Assembly (NCBI GenBank): GCA_965205865.1
Contig: CBDBHR010000023.1
Span: 64,001 to 128,000, forward strand
Direction of reading: 5' to 3'
Source: a bacterium
GTDB lineage: Bacteria > SAR324 > NAC60-12
Length of the DNA: 64,000 nt
Under the pieces are notes generated by a model, which saw only the letters and a list, made by a program, of their open reading frames with translations, had not been told where the DNA came from and searched no databases. Positions 11,119 to 22,449 of this stretch are shown piece by piece; position 1 is the first letter of the stretch, and each line of letters opens with the position of its first letter. The position numbers and the translations under genes are program-made.

Positions 11119-12132
11119 CTATAACCCCTCCTTGTCATCATATTTCCAACAACTCACAAAATGCCCATCCAGATCAAAAAGCTCCGGGGTTTTCTTTTTA
11201 CAAATTTCCATCGCGACATCACACCTTGGTTCAAAGCTGCATCCTTGCGGGAGCAGGTAAGGATTTGGCACAGACCCTTTAATTGAAGAGAGTCTTCCTT
11301 CCGTTCTGATTTCAGGTCGGGATTTGAATAACGCTTTCGTATAAGGATGCAGAGGTTCTTCAAACAGCTTCCTGGTGTTTGCCTTTTCCACAATTTTACC
11401 AACATACATGACGACGACATCATCCGTCACTTCCCCGATCACACCAAGGTCGTGGGTAATCATCATAAGGGACATTCCCAGTTCTCTTTGAAGGTCTTTT
11501 ATTAAATTCAATATTTCAGCCTCTATGGTAACATCCAGGGCTGTCGTAGGTTCGTCTGCAATAAGTAGATTGGGATTGCATGAAAGTGCTATCGCTATCA
11601 TCACCCTCTGTCTCATCCCTCCACTCAATTGAAAAGGATACTCGTTCGTTCTTTGCTCTGGAGCAGATATTCTCACACGTCGGAGGGCTTCAATTGCAAT
11701 TTCTTTTGCCCTTCTTTTATCCACTTTTTGATGCAATCGTATTGCTTCCATCAGTTGCTGGCCTATTTTGTACACGGGATTCAGGGACATCATGGGTTCC
11801 TGAAAAATCATTGCAATCTCATTTCCCCTCGTGTTACGGATTTGTTTACTATGAATCCCCAATTTTGCAATATCAATACGACTATCGCCATCGGGATAAT
11901 AATATATATTCCCGCTTTCAATCTTACCTTCCGGTTGTGGATGTAGAAGCATAAGAGACAAAGCTGTGATGGTTTTCCCGCATCCGCTTTCACCAACGAT
12001 GCCAAGAGATTTCCCTTTTTCTATTTGAAAACTGAGCCCGTCAATTGCTCTGACAGTTCCCTGCTCAATATGGAAATACACTTTTAAGTCTCTTACATCT
12101 AATAAAACATTTTCCTTTTTCAATTCGTTCAT
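11119..12132 (-). CDS. Opp/Dpp-family ABC ATP-binding subunit (OppD/DppD-like)
   Basis: GESGCGKT, LSGGMRQR and ADEPTTALD. Confidence 0.95.
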   Translation of the reverse strand: MNELKKENVLLDVRDLKVYFHIEQGTVRAIDGLSFQIEKGKSLGIVGESGCGKTITALSLMLLHPQPEGKIESGNIYYYPDGDSRIDIAKLGIHSKQIRNTRGNEIAMIFQEPMMSLNPVYKIGQQLMEAIRLHQKVDKRRAKEIAIEALRRVRISAPEQRTNEYPFQLSGGMRQRVMIAIALSCNPNLLIADEPTTALDVTIEAEILNLIKDLQRELGMSLMMITHDLGVIGEVTDDVVVMYVGKIVEKANTRKLFEEPLHPYTKALFKSRPEIRTEGRLSSIKGSVPNPYLLPQGCSFEPRCDVAMEICKKKTPELFDLDGHFVSCWKYDDKEGL

Positions 12133-12171
12133 CCTTTCAAAACAGGAAGCGATTTTTAAAACATCAGAAAA

Positions 12172-13287
12172 TTAATCGGAATAGGGATCATAAACATCTC
12201 TTAAAGCATCTCCGATAAAATTGAAACAAAGAACTGAGATTACAATTATTCCTGCAGGACTTATCAACCATGGATAATGCTTTAATGTCTGCACTTCTCT
12301 AAGCTTGGTCAAGAGAAGACCCCAGCTTGTCATTGGCGGTTTTATACCCAGACCTAAAAAACTCAATGCCGCTTCACCTATGATCATCATTGGTATACTC
12401 AAGGTGGCAATAACGATGATATGACTCAAAACGTTCGGTATGATATGTTTTATAATAATTCTGCCCGTACCGGCACCGGATACTTCTGCAGCATAAATAT
12501 AATCCGATCGTCGAATGGCCAACACTTTCCCTCTGAGCTCTCTTGCCAGACCGGTCCAACTGATAAATCCAAATATAATGACGATTCCTAAATAGACATA
12601 TGTAGAGGGCCATTCCTTGGGTATTATCGCTGCAAGCGCCATCCAGAGAGCTATTTGCGGAATGATCCTGAAGATCTCGATGATCCTTTGAAGAATATTG
12701 TCAACCCAGCCACCAAAGTATCCGGAAATTGTTCCCACAATTGTCCCGATAGTAACCAAGATAATGACTCCGATGATCCCAATCGACAGCGAAATTCTCC
12801 CGCCAAAGATAATCCTTGTTAACAAATCCCTCCCAATGATATCGGTTCCCAGCAAAAACAATTTTCCTTCTCCGACTCCAAATAAGTGAATGTCACTTTT
12901 GATGAATCCTAACATGGTATATTCTTCACCATGAACAAAAAAATTGAGAAAATCTTTCTGGTTTACATCATCTTTATAAATAAACCTGAGGGTTTTCGGA
13001 TCCCTTGCAGCGATTTGTCTATACATGAATGGCCGGAAGTAAAATTCACCTTCTCTGCCGACAAACCGGATTTTTGTAATCTGTGGGGATGCGTATACAA
13101 AGTATGTATGGTTAGTAAGCATCCCATAGGGAGCAAAAAAATCGGCAAATACGACGACTATGTACAAAATCATCAGAATGATCGCTGAAGCAACAGCAAC
13201 TCTGTGCTTAAAAAATCTCCGCCACATGAGTTGCCCTTCAGACAGAACTATATATTCTTCATTTTCTTGATATTTTTTTAAGAACAC
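12172..13287 (-). CDS. Opp/Dpp-family ABC permease (OppC-like)
   Basis: LGTDIIGRD, EAA-like loop and SFLGLG..PP..SWG. Confidence 0.93.
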   Translation of the reverse strand: MFLKKYQENEEYIVLSEGQLMWRRFFKHRVAVASAIILMILYIVVVFADFFAPYGMLTNHTYFVYASPQITKIRFVGREGEFYFRPFMYRQIAARDPKTLRFIYKDDVNQKDFLNFFVHGEEYTMLGFIKSDIHLFGVGEGKLFLLGTDIIGRDLLTRIIFGGRISLSIGIIGVIILVTIGTIVGTISGYFGGWVDNILQRIIEIFRIIPQIALWMALAAIIPKEWPSTYVYLGIVIIFGFISWTGLARELRGKVLAIRRSDYIYAAEVSGAGTGRIIIKHIIPNVLSHIIVIATLSIPMMIIGEAALSFLGLGIKPPMTSWGLLLTKLREVQTLKHYPWLISPAGIIVISVLCFNFIGDALRDVYDPYSD

Positions 13288-13301
13288 GGTAGGGAAGTTC
13301 C

Positions 13302-14306
13302 TTATATTAATTCAAATCTAATACGAGGATCTGTCAGGGCAAGGACGACATCGGCAATTAAATTACCAATGACGAGGATAACTGAAATAACCAATAAGAT
13401 GGTACCAGCCAAATACATATCCTGAGAAATTAATGAATCGTAAAACAGTGGACCAATCGTGTTCAAATTCAACACAATAGAAACAAGCATTTCAGTAGCG
13501 ATAATCTCGGGAAGATATACGCCAATCCTGCTGATTATGGGATTGATCGCTATTCTTGAAGCATGTTTCCATTGAACGACTGGCTCTGATAGCCCTTTGG
13601 CTCTTGCAGTTTGTATGAAGGGTTGTTTGAGAACATCCAACATATTGCCCCTCATTATACGCATGGTGTTTGAGGTTTGCGCAACGCCAATTGCAATGAT
13701 TGGCGCAGGAAGATGCTTTAAAAAATCAATAGTTTTTGCCATGTCCCAAGGAGCTCCAATAAATTCATTGGAGTATAAACGACCGACGTATGAGGAATCC
13801 ATCCAGAATATTGATATGGCAATGATAAGTACCGCGAGTATAAATCCGGGAATAGCGATACCAATAAAAGCAATAAAGGTTAATAAATAATCCAACAGAC
13901 TGTACTTATGCGTGGCTGAGTACAACCCTATCGGTAAAGCGATCATCAGCGCGAAAAACAATGCACAAAGATTTATAAAGATCGTCATGGGAAGTCTTTC
14001 CTTTAAAAGATCTGCGACAGATGTGCCCTGCAGTGACATCGCAATACCAAAATCTCCTTCAGGAAAGCCTTTCACCCATTTCCAATACTGAATCCAAAAA
14101 GGTTGACCCAGACCATATTTTTGTCTCAGCATTTCTATAAGATCTTTGGAGACACTCCCCCCTCCAGTCATCGTTGCGCGCGCAGCATACGCATCCGCAT
14201 AGTCACCAGGAGGCAACTGAATTATACCAAAACAGATCACTGAGATTATGATGATGACCGGTATTGATATTAAAATTCTTCTCAGCGTGTAGGTCAATAT
14301 GCCCAT
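13302..14306 (-). CDS. Opp/Dpp-family ABC permease (OppB-like)
   Basis: QLPPGD, TARAKGL and DPRIR. Confidence 0.93.
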   Translation of the reverse strand: MGILTYTLRRILISIPVIIIISVICFGIIQLPPGDYADAYAARATMTGGGSVSKDLIEMLRQKYGLGQPFWIQYWKWVKGFPEGDFGIAMSLQGTSVADLLKERLPMTIFINLCALFFALMIALPIGLYSATHKYSLLDYLLTFIAFIGIAIPGFILAVLIIAISIFWMDSSYVGRLYSNEFIGAPWDMAKTIDFLKHLPAPIIAIGVAQTSNTMRIMRGNMLDVLKQPFIQTARAKGLSEPVVQWKHASRIAINPIISRIGVYLPEIIATEMLVSIVLNLNTIGPLFYDSLISQDMYLAGTILLVISVILVIGNLIADVVLALTDPRIRFELI

Positions 14307-14493
14307 TGCGGTATATTTACTCTTTAGATCTTTCTACTATAATCAGGACTCCTTACATACTGTAATTCATCAGGTATTTACTCAACCGTGTAACGATATT
14401 GATAGAGGGTGGTGAATTTAAATCACGTTTCGAAGTTAAAAAAAACACCATAAATATTTTATAATATGCTGACATAAGATAAACGACATGGAT

Positions 14494-14525
14494 CCGGGAA
14501 GCGGTACGTTGCGCCACTTCCCGGA
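14494..14525. terminator. Stem-loop between SBP and permease genes
   Basis: CCGGGAAG...CTTCCCGG inverted repeat just downstream of the SBP stop codon. Confidence 0.5.
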
Positions 14526-14545
14526 AAATTTCCCACTTCTCTTAA

Positions 14546-16396
14546 TTAGGGCCTGTTCGCAGGATGTTTCGCATAGACTTGCATATATCTGAATGGGGGA
14601 TCAAAGTTTCCATATTCCTGGACTCTTGTTGACTCCAAGACCATGTTTCCAAGTCTGTTTGAATTAATGAAAGGACGTTTGCGGACACCGACATGTATCA
14701 TAAATACATTTTCAGCCATAATTCTATTCGCCTCTTTTCCCAGTTTTATACCCTCTTCGATACTTGCGATACTAGCCGTTCTCAGTATTCGGGTAAATTC
14801 ATCGAATTCCGGGGAAAATCCTCCCGTCATATGCGCCTCTTTATGGAAGAATGGAGAACCCGTGTCGGTAGGAACCCACCTATCCACTGCAAGAAGTGGT
14901 TCATTGTAGTTTTCAAAATCCGAAGTAGATATTTCAAAATTTCCTGCATATAAATTTGTGGTGTGAAGAGTCTGGTGGGTTTCATTCAGAATCAAATTAA
15001 TGCCCACTTCTTTAACAGTAGCAACAATTATTTCCGACATTGGAGTAAAGAGATCATGGGCGTACATATCCCAAATCAGTTCCAATTTCTCGCCGGTTGG
15101 AAGTTCTCTGATGCCATCACCATCTCGATCCACAATATTGGCGTCGTTCAGTATCTGTCGCGCCCTATCGGGATCATATTCGGAGTACAGGTATCCATAC
15201 TTCTCGTCAAAATATGGAGAATCAGGAGCCCATGAACAACCTATTGGCGTCATCAGATCAAATGCCAAGCTTCTTGATATGGTCGGTCTATCGATTGCCA
15301 GAGAGAGTGCTCGTCTGAAATTTACATCTCTTTGGACAGCCCTGGCTTCAGCATCCTCGGCATCAAAATTAAAACTTATTTTCATGCCAGGAGCATTTGA
15401 AAAACCGATAGAATAGTCTCTACCCGGTTTACCTTGTTCTTCCAGCCACATCGAATAGTGTGGATAACCCGTCCACATATGATCATGATCATATTCTCCA
15501 GTCATGTTGCCTAAACCAACGGCGGGTCTGTCACCAGCGACCAATATCTCAAATTCATCAAAATAGGGGAGCTGGTTTCCATCGGGGTCAACCTTCCAGT
15601 AATATGGATTTCTTGTCATATGCAGTTTTTCGTCAGGCACATATTCATCGACTACCCAGGCATTCAGAGTGACTCGGCCACCTTCGGAATCGACACCGAG
15701 AATCTTTATTTTTTCATTCAGTGTTTCGTAATCGGAATCCGGGTTATACTTTGGGTGCCACTGGGAGAAATGATGTTTAGGCAACGCGGCCCAGGTGACA
15801 TTCGAATATTTTTTCTCAAAAAGAAAAGCTTTGTCATCATACTCGAACTTTAGCGTGTAATCGTCAACTTTCATGAGAAGAGGAAAATTTCCATTTGCGT
15901 CATAAAAGTTTCCTTCATAGAACCATACATAGGCGACATTATCGTCATCAACTATATCTTCCATGAAGAAAACAACGTCATCCGCAGTAAATGGCATACC
16001 ATCCGACCATTTGATCCCTTTTCTCAGGTTTATGATTAACTCGGTGCCATCGTCGTTCCAATCCCAGGACTCTGCAAGATTGGGCAGTATTGGCCCTTCA
16101 GCAGGAAATGGATAGGTAAATTGAAAAAATCCATTTCTGTCAACCCGGACCGGAAGTCTCTCGTCGTCCAGAAAGAATGCGGTACCGAGAACCAATTTAT
16201 CACCATATGTTCCAATTTCACTTACCGGTACCTCGACTAACGGATTTTCCGGCAACCTCTCCTCAAGAGGCGGCAACTCGCCTGCTTTAACCATTTCAGC
16301 CAGCATCGGCGCTTCCCCGGCAAAAATGGAAGATGCTGAAAAAACAAAACCAATCATAAATACCACACCCGTAATTTTTCTCATTATTCTACTCAT
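14546..16396 (-). CDS. Family-5 ABC solute-binding protein (oligosaccharide/peptide type)
   Basis: EAPMLAEMVKAGELPPLEERLPENP N-terminus, LRKGIKWSDG and RNPYYWKVD. Start placed at ATG 16396, ahead of the signal peptide. Confidence 0.9.
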   Translation of the reverse strand: MSRIMRKITGVVFMIGFVFSASSIFAGEAPMLAEMVKAGELPPLEERLPENPLVEVPVSEIGTYGDKLVLGTAFFLDDERLPVRVDRNGFFQFTYPFPAEGPILPNLAESWDWNDDGTELIINLRKGIKWSDGMPFTADDVVFFMEDIVDDDNVAYVWFYEGNFYDANGNFPLLMKVDDYTLKFEYDDKAFLFEKKYSNVTWAALPKHHFSQWHPKYNPDSDYETLNEKIKILGVDSEGGRVTLNAWVVDEYVPDEKLHMTRNPYYWKVDPDGNQLPYFDEFEILVAGDRPAVGLGNMTGEYDHDHMWTGYPHYSMWLEEQGKPGRDYSIGFSNAPGMKISFNFDAEDAEARAVQRDVNFRRALSLAIDRPTISRSLAFDLMTPIGCSWAPDSPYFDEKYGYLYSEYDPDRARQILNDANIVDRDGDGIRELPTGEKLELIWDMYAHDLFTPMSEIIVATVKEVGINLILNETHQTLHTTNLYAGNFEISTSDFENYNEPLLAVDRWVPTDTGSPFFHKEAHMTGGFSPEFDEFTRILRTASIASIEEGIKLGKEANRIMAENVFMIHVGVRKRPFINSNRLGNMVLESTRVQEYGNFDPPFRYMQVYAKHPANRP

Positions 16397-16549
16397 ATTT
16401 TCACCTTTTGATTTAATGTTATAAAACAAAGATAGATTCAAACCGGAACAAAATTTACTGGAAGAAGCGAAATAAATCAAGAAAAATTCTGGAAGTCGGC
16501 GAAATGTTGTCAGGTCAAAGCGGATTGTATTGAAGAAGGTGCTGGCGTA

Positions 16550-18541
16550 TCAGGCATCAGGTACAATTTCTATCAGTAATTCATTGGCAGCAACTTGTGT
16601 TCCTGCGTCCACATAGATTGCCTGCACGGTTCCCTCGATTTCCGCCAAAATTTCATGTTGTATTTTCATCGCTTCCAATAGGGCGAGACAAGTTCCGATT
16701 TCGACATGATCGCCCAATTCGACAAAGATCTCAAACAGGGCTCCATGCATGGGAGCGACAATATGTCCGCTCCCATCGATTCTTTTTCCGGAAGCAGGAA
16801 AGGCAATCTCATTGCGAAAACGAAATGTTTCGCCTGCGAGTGAAATATGAATGACACCTGCAGAGGGTGCTGAATAGTTGACATCTCGTCGACACCCGTC
16901 AATGCTCAAGCGTGCGACGCCTTCAGCAAACGTCAAGAGTTTGATGGAAAGCGAGGAATCTACTCCGCGAATTTGATAACCCTCTCGAGTCTCGGGTGAA
17001 ACAGTCAGCTCAACACGCTCTCCGTTTGAGAAATAAACATACTGGGTGAGGAGTCGACCGCCATTGGACCAATTCAATAACTCGGAAGAGACGCGCACAC
17101 ATTCTTCCAAGGCGCATTGACGTTCAATGCAGTATTGGAGAAGCGCCGCTGTCGCCATCGATTCAAAGTCAGGTTGGGGATTTGCCAAGTCTTCGGGGCT
17201 CAATTCTTCTGCGATGAATGCCGTTGTTACCTCACCCTTGGCAAACGCCTCTTTGTTCAAAAGCATGCTCAAAAAACTCTTATTCGTGATTAAACCGAAG
17301 ATCTCAGTATGCTCGAGAGCATTGATCAAGCGATGACGGGCAAGTTCCCGGGTTTCCCCCCAAGCAATCACTTTGGCAAGCATCGGATCATAAAAAGGTG
17401 AAATTTCCTGACCCGTTTGAATACCGGAATCGATCCGGATTCCAATTCCTTCGGCAGGCCGCCAATGATCAATGGTGCCTGCGCAAGGCAAAAAGGCTTG
17501 TGCGGGATCTTCCGCATAAAGACGACCTTCAATGGCATGCCCCGCATACGCGACATCGGCTTGGGTCAATTCCAGGGGGAGACCTTCCGCGATTTGAATC
17601 TGCAAGGCTACCAAATCCAGCTTCGTGATCATTTCGGTTACCGGGTGCTCCACTTGAAGGCGGGTATTCATTTCGAGAAAGTAAAAATTTCCTTCCTCAT
17701 CCAGAAGAAATTCGATAGTGCCCACGCCCTTGTATTTTATGCTGCGCGCGGCCTCAACCGCAGCTGCTCCCATTTGTGCTCTCAGTTCATCGGTCATTAC
17801 CGGACAGGGCGCTTCTTCCACTACTTTTTGATACCTGCGTTGTATCGAACAATCGCGCTCCCCCAAATGGATGACGTTTCCATGATTGTCTGCCACTATT
17901 TGAAATTCGACATGACGGGGGCGCAAGATCGCCTTTTCCAAAATTAACTCATGCGAGCCAAAAGCGTTCAAGACTTCAGAACGAGCCGCAGTCAAAGCCA
18001 TTGGTAAATCTTCTGCGCGCTCTACCAGCCTCATTCCCCGCCCTCCACCGCCAGCAGCCGCTTTCACCATCAAAGGACAGCCAATCTCGTTCGCAACGGA
18101 AGACATCGTAGTATCGGATTGATCGGCATCGAAATACCCGGGCAGACAAGGTATCCCGGCCGCAATCATACGCCGTTTGGCCTCTGCTTTATTGCCCATC
18201 AACTCAATCGCATCGGCACCTGGTCCGATGAACACAAGCCCTGCCTGCTCGCATGCTCTCGCAAATTCGGCGTTTTCCGATAAGAATCCATAACCGGGAT
18301 GAATGGCTTCCGCACCCGTTTGCCGGGCGGCTTTCAGTATTCGTTTGATATTGAGGTAGGATGCCGCAATGGGAGGCGGACCAAGCAACGCCGCATCGTC
18401 AGCTATTTGCGCATGAGGCGCTGTGGCATCGGCTTCCGAATAAACAGCGATGGTTCGGAAACTCAACGATCGAGCTGTTTTGACGATACGGACTGCAATT
18501 TCTCCTCTATTGGCAACCAAGATGCTGTTAAAAGCTCTCAT
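16550..18541 (-). CDS. atuF: Geranyl-CoA/acyl-CoA carboxylase alpha subunit (biotin carboxylase plus carrier)
   Basis: ANRGEIA, HPGYGFLSEN, EMNTRLQVEHPVTE and EAMK biotin site; adjacent to atuA and atuC. Confidence 0.8.
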   Translation of the reverse strand: MRAFNSILVANRGEIAVRIVKTARSLSFRTIAVYSEADATAPHAQIADDAALLGPPPIAASYLNIKRILKAARQTGAEAIHPGYGFLSENAEFARACEQAGLVFIGPGADAIELMGNKAEAKRRMIAAGIPCLPGYFDADQSDTTMSSVANEIGCPLMVKAAAGGGGRGMRLVERAEDLPMALTAARSEVLNAFGSHELILEKAILRPRHVEFQIVADNHGNVIHLGERDCSIQRRYQKVVEEAPCPVMTDELRAQMGAAAVEAARSIKYKGVGTIEFLLDEEGNFYFLEMNTRLQVEHPVTEMITKLDLVALQIQIAEGLPLELTQADVAYAGHAIEGRLYAEDPAQAFLPCAGTIDHWRPAEGIGIRIDSGIQTGQEISPFYDPMLAKVIAWGETRELARHRLINALEHTEIFGLITNKSFLSMLLNKEAFAKGEVTTAFIAEELSPEDLANPQPDFESMATAALLQYCIERQCALEECVRVSSELLNWSNGGRLLTQYVYFSNGERVELTVSPETREGYQIRGVDSSLSIKLLTFAEGVARLSIDGCRRDVNYSAPSAGVIHISLAGETFRFRNEIAFPASGKRIDGSGHIVAPMHGALFEIFVELGDHVEIGTCLALLEAMKIQHEILAEIEGTVQAIYVDAGTQVAANELLIEIVPDA

Positions 18542-18598
18542 TTGTTGTTGACCTCTTTATTAATTTCGGTCCTCGGGTGAAGAATTGTACCGGTCGAG

Positions 18599-20221
18599 TC
18601 AGAGGCGAGCTACGCCGAAACAGTTGGGTTGCACTGTTCGGCGTCGTGCTTCCCAGCAGGTGTCCAAGGCAAATCCAATTACTTTTCGTGTATCGCGGGG
18701 ATCAATCACGCCCTGGTCCAGCATGTGCCCGGAGGTGTAGAAGGCATCCGATTGGGAGTCGTAATGTTGGATCAATCGATCCTTTTGGGTTCGAAGCGCT
18801 TCTTCATCCACACGCTCACCCCGCCGTTCCGCGGAGCCCCGCATGACTTGATCCATGGTGAGCGCCGCTTGCTCTCCTCCCATCACTCCCGTCTTAGCAT
18901 TGGGCCAGGTGAACAAAAAATCAGGCTGATAGGCGAGGCCACACATACCATAATTCCCCGCACCAAAGCTTGCTCCGATATAAATCGTAATTTTGGGCAC
19001 GCGGGCGTTGGAGACGGCTTGGATCATTTTCGAACCGTGCTTGATCATCCCGTCTTGTTCATAAACTTTCCCTACCATGTAACCGGTGGTGTTGTTGAGA
19101 AAAATCAGAGGAATATTGGCCTGATCGCAAAGTTGGATAAAATGCCCGGCCTTGGTGGCGCCATCGGGATCAATCGGCCCATTGTTGCCAAGAATGCCAC
19201 AAACTTGACCAAATACATAGGTTTGCAGACAAACGGTGGAGGGGCCGTAGCGTGGTTTGAAATCCTCGAAATCAGAACCATCCACCAAACGGATAACCAC
19301 TTCACGCACATCATAGGGCTTTCGATAATCGATGGGCACGACCCCAGCAATTTCATCAGGATCATAAAGTGGCTGCCGAAATTTTTTTCGTGGAGATTTC
19401 GGACAGTGATCATTCCATCCCAATCGTTTCACCATATCTCGCGCGATCAACAGACCATGGGCATCATCCTCTGCCAAGTATTCCACCGACCCGGTGACAG
19501 TGGCATGCATTTCGGAGCCGGCAAGTTCTTCTTCATCCGAGATTTCCCCAGTGGCCGCTTTAACCAAGGCTGCCCCTCCCAGTGAAGCACGTCCCCGTCC
19601 CCTGATCCCAATCACGTAATCACTCATTCCCGGCATGTAGGCCCCTCCTGCAGTGGAAGGGCCATGCAGTATCACGAATGTCGGGATTCCGGCGGCACTC
19701 AATCTCGCAAGACCGAAGAAGAGTCCGCCTCCATGCGCCCATTGACTGACTTCATACTTCATCAAGTTAGCCCCTGCACTTTCAACCAGGTGGACAAAAG
19801 GCAATTTCTTTTCAAGAGAAATTTTGAGACAAGCTCTGCCCTTCTCCCCGGATTTTGCGGTCGATGCCCCCGCATTGATGCCACTGTCATTGACGCAAAT
19901 CATGCAACGGACACCGCTGACAAATCCAATGCCGGCAAGAGAACTGGCGCCAGGGATGCTTTTTTCCCGGTCCTTTATCTCCACCATATAATTGGCAATA
20001 CCGTAGAGTTCCAGAAATGGCATGCCAGGATCAAGTATGCGTGACAACCGTTCCCGCGGTGTCAGTTGTCCACGCTCTTCAAAGCGGAGACGTCGCCTTT
20101 CGGAAACTAGTTCTGCCCGCTTTTTCAGGGTGTGAAGTTCTTCGACCAATGAAAGCATTTCCTTGCGGTTTGTGGCAAAGGAGTCACTTTTCACGTTAAT
20201 TTTGCTCACAAAAATGCTCAT
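18599..20221 (-). CDS. atuC: Geranyl-CoA/acyl-CoA carboxylase beta (carboxyltransferase) subunit
   Basis: LVESAGANL, TAGGAYMPG and GASFGAGNYGMCG. Confidence 0.85.
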   Translation of the reverse strand: MSIFVSKINVKSDSFATNRKEMLSLVEELHTLKKRAELVSERRRLRFEERGQLTPRERLSRILDPGMPFLELYGIANYMVEIKDREKSIPGASSLAGIGFVSGVRCMICVNDSGINAGASTAKSGEKGRACLKISLEKKLPFVHLVESAGANLMKYEVSQWAHGGGLFFGLARLSAAGIPTFVILHGPSTAGGAYMPGMSDYVIGIRGRGRASLGGAALVKAATGEISDEEELAGSEMHATVTGSVEYLAEDDAHGLLIARDMVKRLGWNDHCPKSPRKKFRQPLYDPDEIAGVVPIDYRKPYDVREVVIRLVDGSDFEDFKPRYGPSTVCLQTYVFGQVCGILGNNGPIDPDGATKAGHFIQLCDQANIPLIFLNNTTGYMVGKVYEQDGMIKHGSKMIQAVSNARVPKITIYIGASFGAGNYGMCGLAYQPDFLFTWPNAKTGVMGGEQAALTMDQVMRGSAERRGERVDEEALRTQKDRLIQHYDSQSDAFYTSGHMLDQGVIDPRDTRKVIGFALDTCWEARRRTVQPNCFGVARL

Positions 20222-22020
20222 CGGAGGGTCTCCACCATTTTGATCGGTATTTTGATCGGATGATCGAGCAGCAATTGCGCATATCCTTTTCCTTGCGCAT
20301 CATCCCGAAGACTAGCCACCCCTCCCCCTCCCAATACTTCGTGCAAAAGGAAATTGACGGCATGGGATCCGGGCAGCAGGTAGCGTTCCACGTTCCCTTG
20401 CAGAAAATGAGCAAAGCGCCCCGCTATAACCTTTTCTGTCAAGGAATCCCAAATATAGGGTAGATATTCCGGTAGACGGGCAATGATTCCTACATTAGCT
20501 TTGTTGCCTTTATCTCCGCTGCGTCCCCAGGCAAGCTCAACCAAAGGTACTTCCATCATTGCCGAATCGTTTCCAAAAACTACTGGTGGGACCGGACGTT
20601 GGATGGCCTGCTCATCAAAAATGGCACTTTGTTTGGGAATGAATGCGATCGATTCCCCCTCTAAATCGATTCGGATGGAGATCTCATTTTTTGGAATGAG
20701 GAATGAGAAAAGCCTGACCACCGGCGAGGGTTTTGGGCGACTTCCCGCAAATCCTGCGCCACCTGGTGGTGTGGCCAACCCCAAACCCGACGCTTCTTTC
20801 AATAGAATACGGATGCCTGTCTGATCCGCATGTTTGGCAGCCAGTTTAAGCACCACCTCGCGAGATCCTTCGATGCGTTTTGACGCCCCATATTGACTTT
20901 CCGCCCCCAGCACTTCGACGCTGGTTTCCGTGAAATCGGCTAAATTTGCGTCTCGTAACGCCTGCCGGGCTCTATTGAAGATGGCCCGGGCAAAGCCGAG
21001 AGCTTTTTTGTCGGCATCCATGCCATAAAATGTTCTGTAGTTCCCACCGCGAAACCCGTCGGAGTGGGTGGCAGATACTTTATAGGTATCAGTCGCCGGA
21101 TAGCCGCACGCACCAGCCACTGAAACTCGATCCGGCGCTTCTTGCCTGATTTCAACTTTTGAAAAATCACAGACCACATCCGGTACGATATAGGCTTGCG
21201 GGTCTCCAATCTCGTAAAGCATTTGCTCGGAAACCGTCCCCACATTGACAATTCCTCCCGTTCCTGCGGCCTTCGTCACCAGAAAACTGCCGTCAGAAGA
21301 AATTTCTGCAATGGGATATCCAATCTGGTCGATGCTATTCACCACCTCTTGCCAATCGGTGAAATTCCCCCCGCTGGCTTGTGGACCACATTCCAGGACA
21401 TGTCCGGCCAAGGTTCCGCTGGCGAGGCGATCCCACGCTTCCTCTGCCCAGCCAAATTCATGGATGCAGGCACCCAAGGTAACGGCACTGTCCACCGCGC
21501 GACCGGTGATCACGATATCCGAGCCCTCATCCAAAGCCAAGGCAATGGGAAACGCCCCGAGATAGGCGTTGACGCTCGCCAGCGTTGCGGATTCGGGGAA
21601 GTCCTCATCAGAATACATTTCCTTTACGCCCCGACGGGATAACGCGTCTCCCATCTCGATCAAATCGTCACCCAGGACGATTGCCACTTTCAAATCCAGT
21701 TTTTGATCGGCAATGAGTTTTCGCACGGCCTGGCCACATGCTCTTGGGTTCACGCCACCTGCATTAGTGATTATTTTTACTCCTTGACGAGCAATTCCTT
21801 TGAGATTGTCCTGCATGACAACCGTCACAAAGTCCCGGGCATAGCCGGCATTCGGGTCTTTCGCTAACGCCCGCGCCATGATCGACATCGAGATCTCGGC
21901 AAGATAATCGTATACGATATAGTCCAAACCTCCTGCAGTTAAGAATTGTGGAGTCGCCATGTTTGATTCTCCCCAATAGCCACAGGCTCCTCCGATACGA
22001 ATAATGTCTTTAGATGCCAT
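20218..22020 (-). CDS. atuA: Acyclic terpene utilisation protein AtuA family
   Basis: IRIGGACGYWG, DYLAE, ITGRAVD, RSGDKG and DAQGK. AAGGAGG RBS precedes ATG 22020. Confidence 0.88.
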   Translation of the reverse strand: MASKDIIRIGGACGYWGESNMATPQFLTAGGLDYIVYDYLAEISMSIMARALAKDPNAGYARDFVTVVMQDNLKGIARQGVKIITNAGGVNPRACGQAVRKLIADQKLDLKVAIVLGDDLIEMGDALSRRGVKEMYSDEDFPESATLASVNAYLGAFPIALALDEGSDIVITGRAVDSAVTLGACIHEFGWAEEAWDRLASGTLAGHVLECGPQASGGNFTDWQEVVNSIDQIGYPIAEISSDGSFLVTKAAGTGGIVNVGTVSEQMLYEIGDPQAYIVPDVVCDFSKVEIRQEAPDRVSVAGACGYPATDTYKVSATHSDGFRGGNYRTFYGMDADKKALGFARAIFNRARQALRDANLADFTETSVEVLGAESQYGASKRIEGSREVVLKLAAKHADQTGIRILLKEASGLGLATPPGGAGFAGSRPKPSPVVRLFSFLIPKNEISIRIDLEGESIAFIPKQSAIFDEQAIQRPVPPVVFGNDSAMMEVPLVELAWGRSGDKGNKANVGIIARLPEYLPYIWDSLTEKVIAGRFAHFLQGNVERYLLPGSHAVNFLLHEVLGGGGVASLRDDAQGKGYAQLLLDHPIKIPIKMVETLR

Positions 22021-22449
22021 CGTCCCCTCCTTCTTGCTGTAATCGTTATCGATCTTTACATCACTCCATTCAATAAATTCCCGGCTTTTTTTTATCAGTA
22101 GCGCAGGCGTCTCGCCCACAAGAGAAGGCTGGAGACGGCCCCTCTGCCAAATTCTATGCCGGAGTACTCTTTGGAATGGCGCTTCAAACAATATGAAACT
22201 TTATAAAACACATTTCTTTAGACCGCGTCAAGTTCAAACTTTGAGAAGGAGTAGAATTTGAAGTTGGCGCAATACTTTGCAGTAAGGCTCGTGCCTTCAC
22301 TTTTGATACTTCTGAAAATGTGCTAGCTTTGATTTCAGAGGGAAATTTTAATGTGTTCTTGGCCTGAAGTTGCGGTGTATGGTTCCGCGTTCCGTAATTA
22401 TTCACTGATGTTACGTGCACGGATTTTGCAGTTATGCGTCTCATCGAGT

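Noticed and set aside
11099-11133. Non-canonical ATA start for the OppF-like gene
   Set aside because: ATA at 11122 is in frame behind AAGGAGG, but the spacing is only about 4 nt and a TTG start exists. The sequence alone cannot settle it.
18629-19585. Long antisense or alternate-frame ORFs (e.g. 18629-19585, 55434-56198, 56970-57782, 60512-61177)
   Set aside because: They are shadows of well-supported genes, an intron or an IS on the other strand or frame, with no recognisable motifs.
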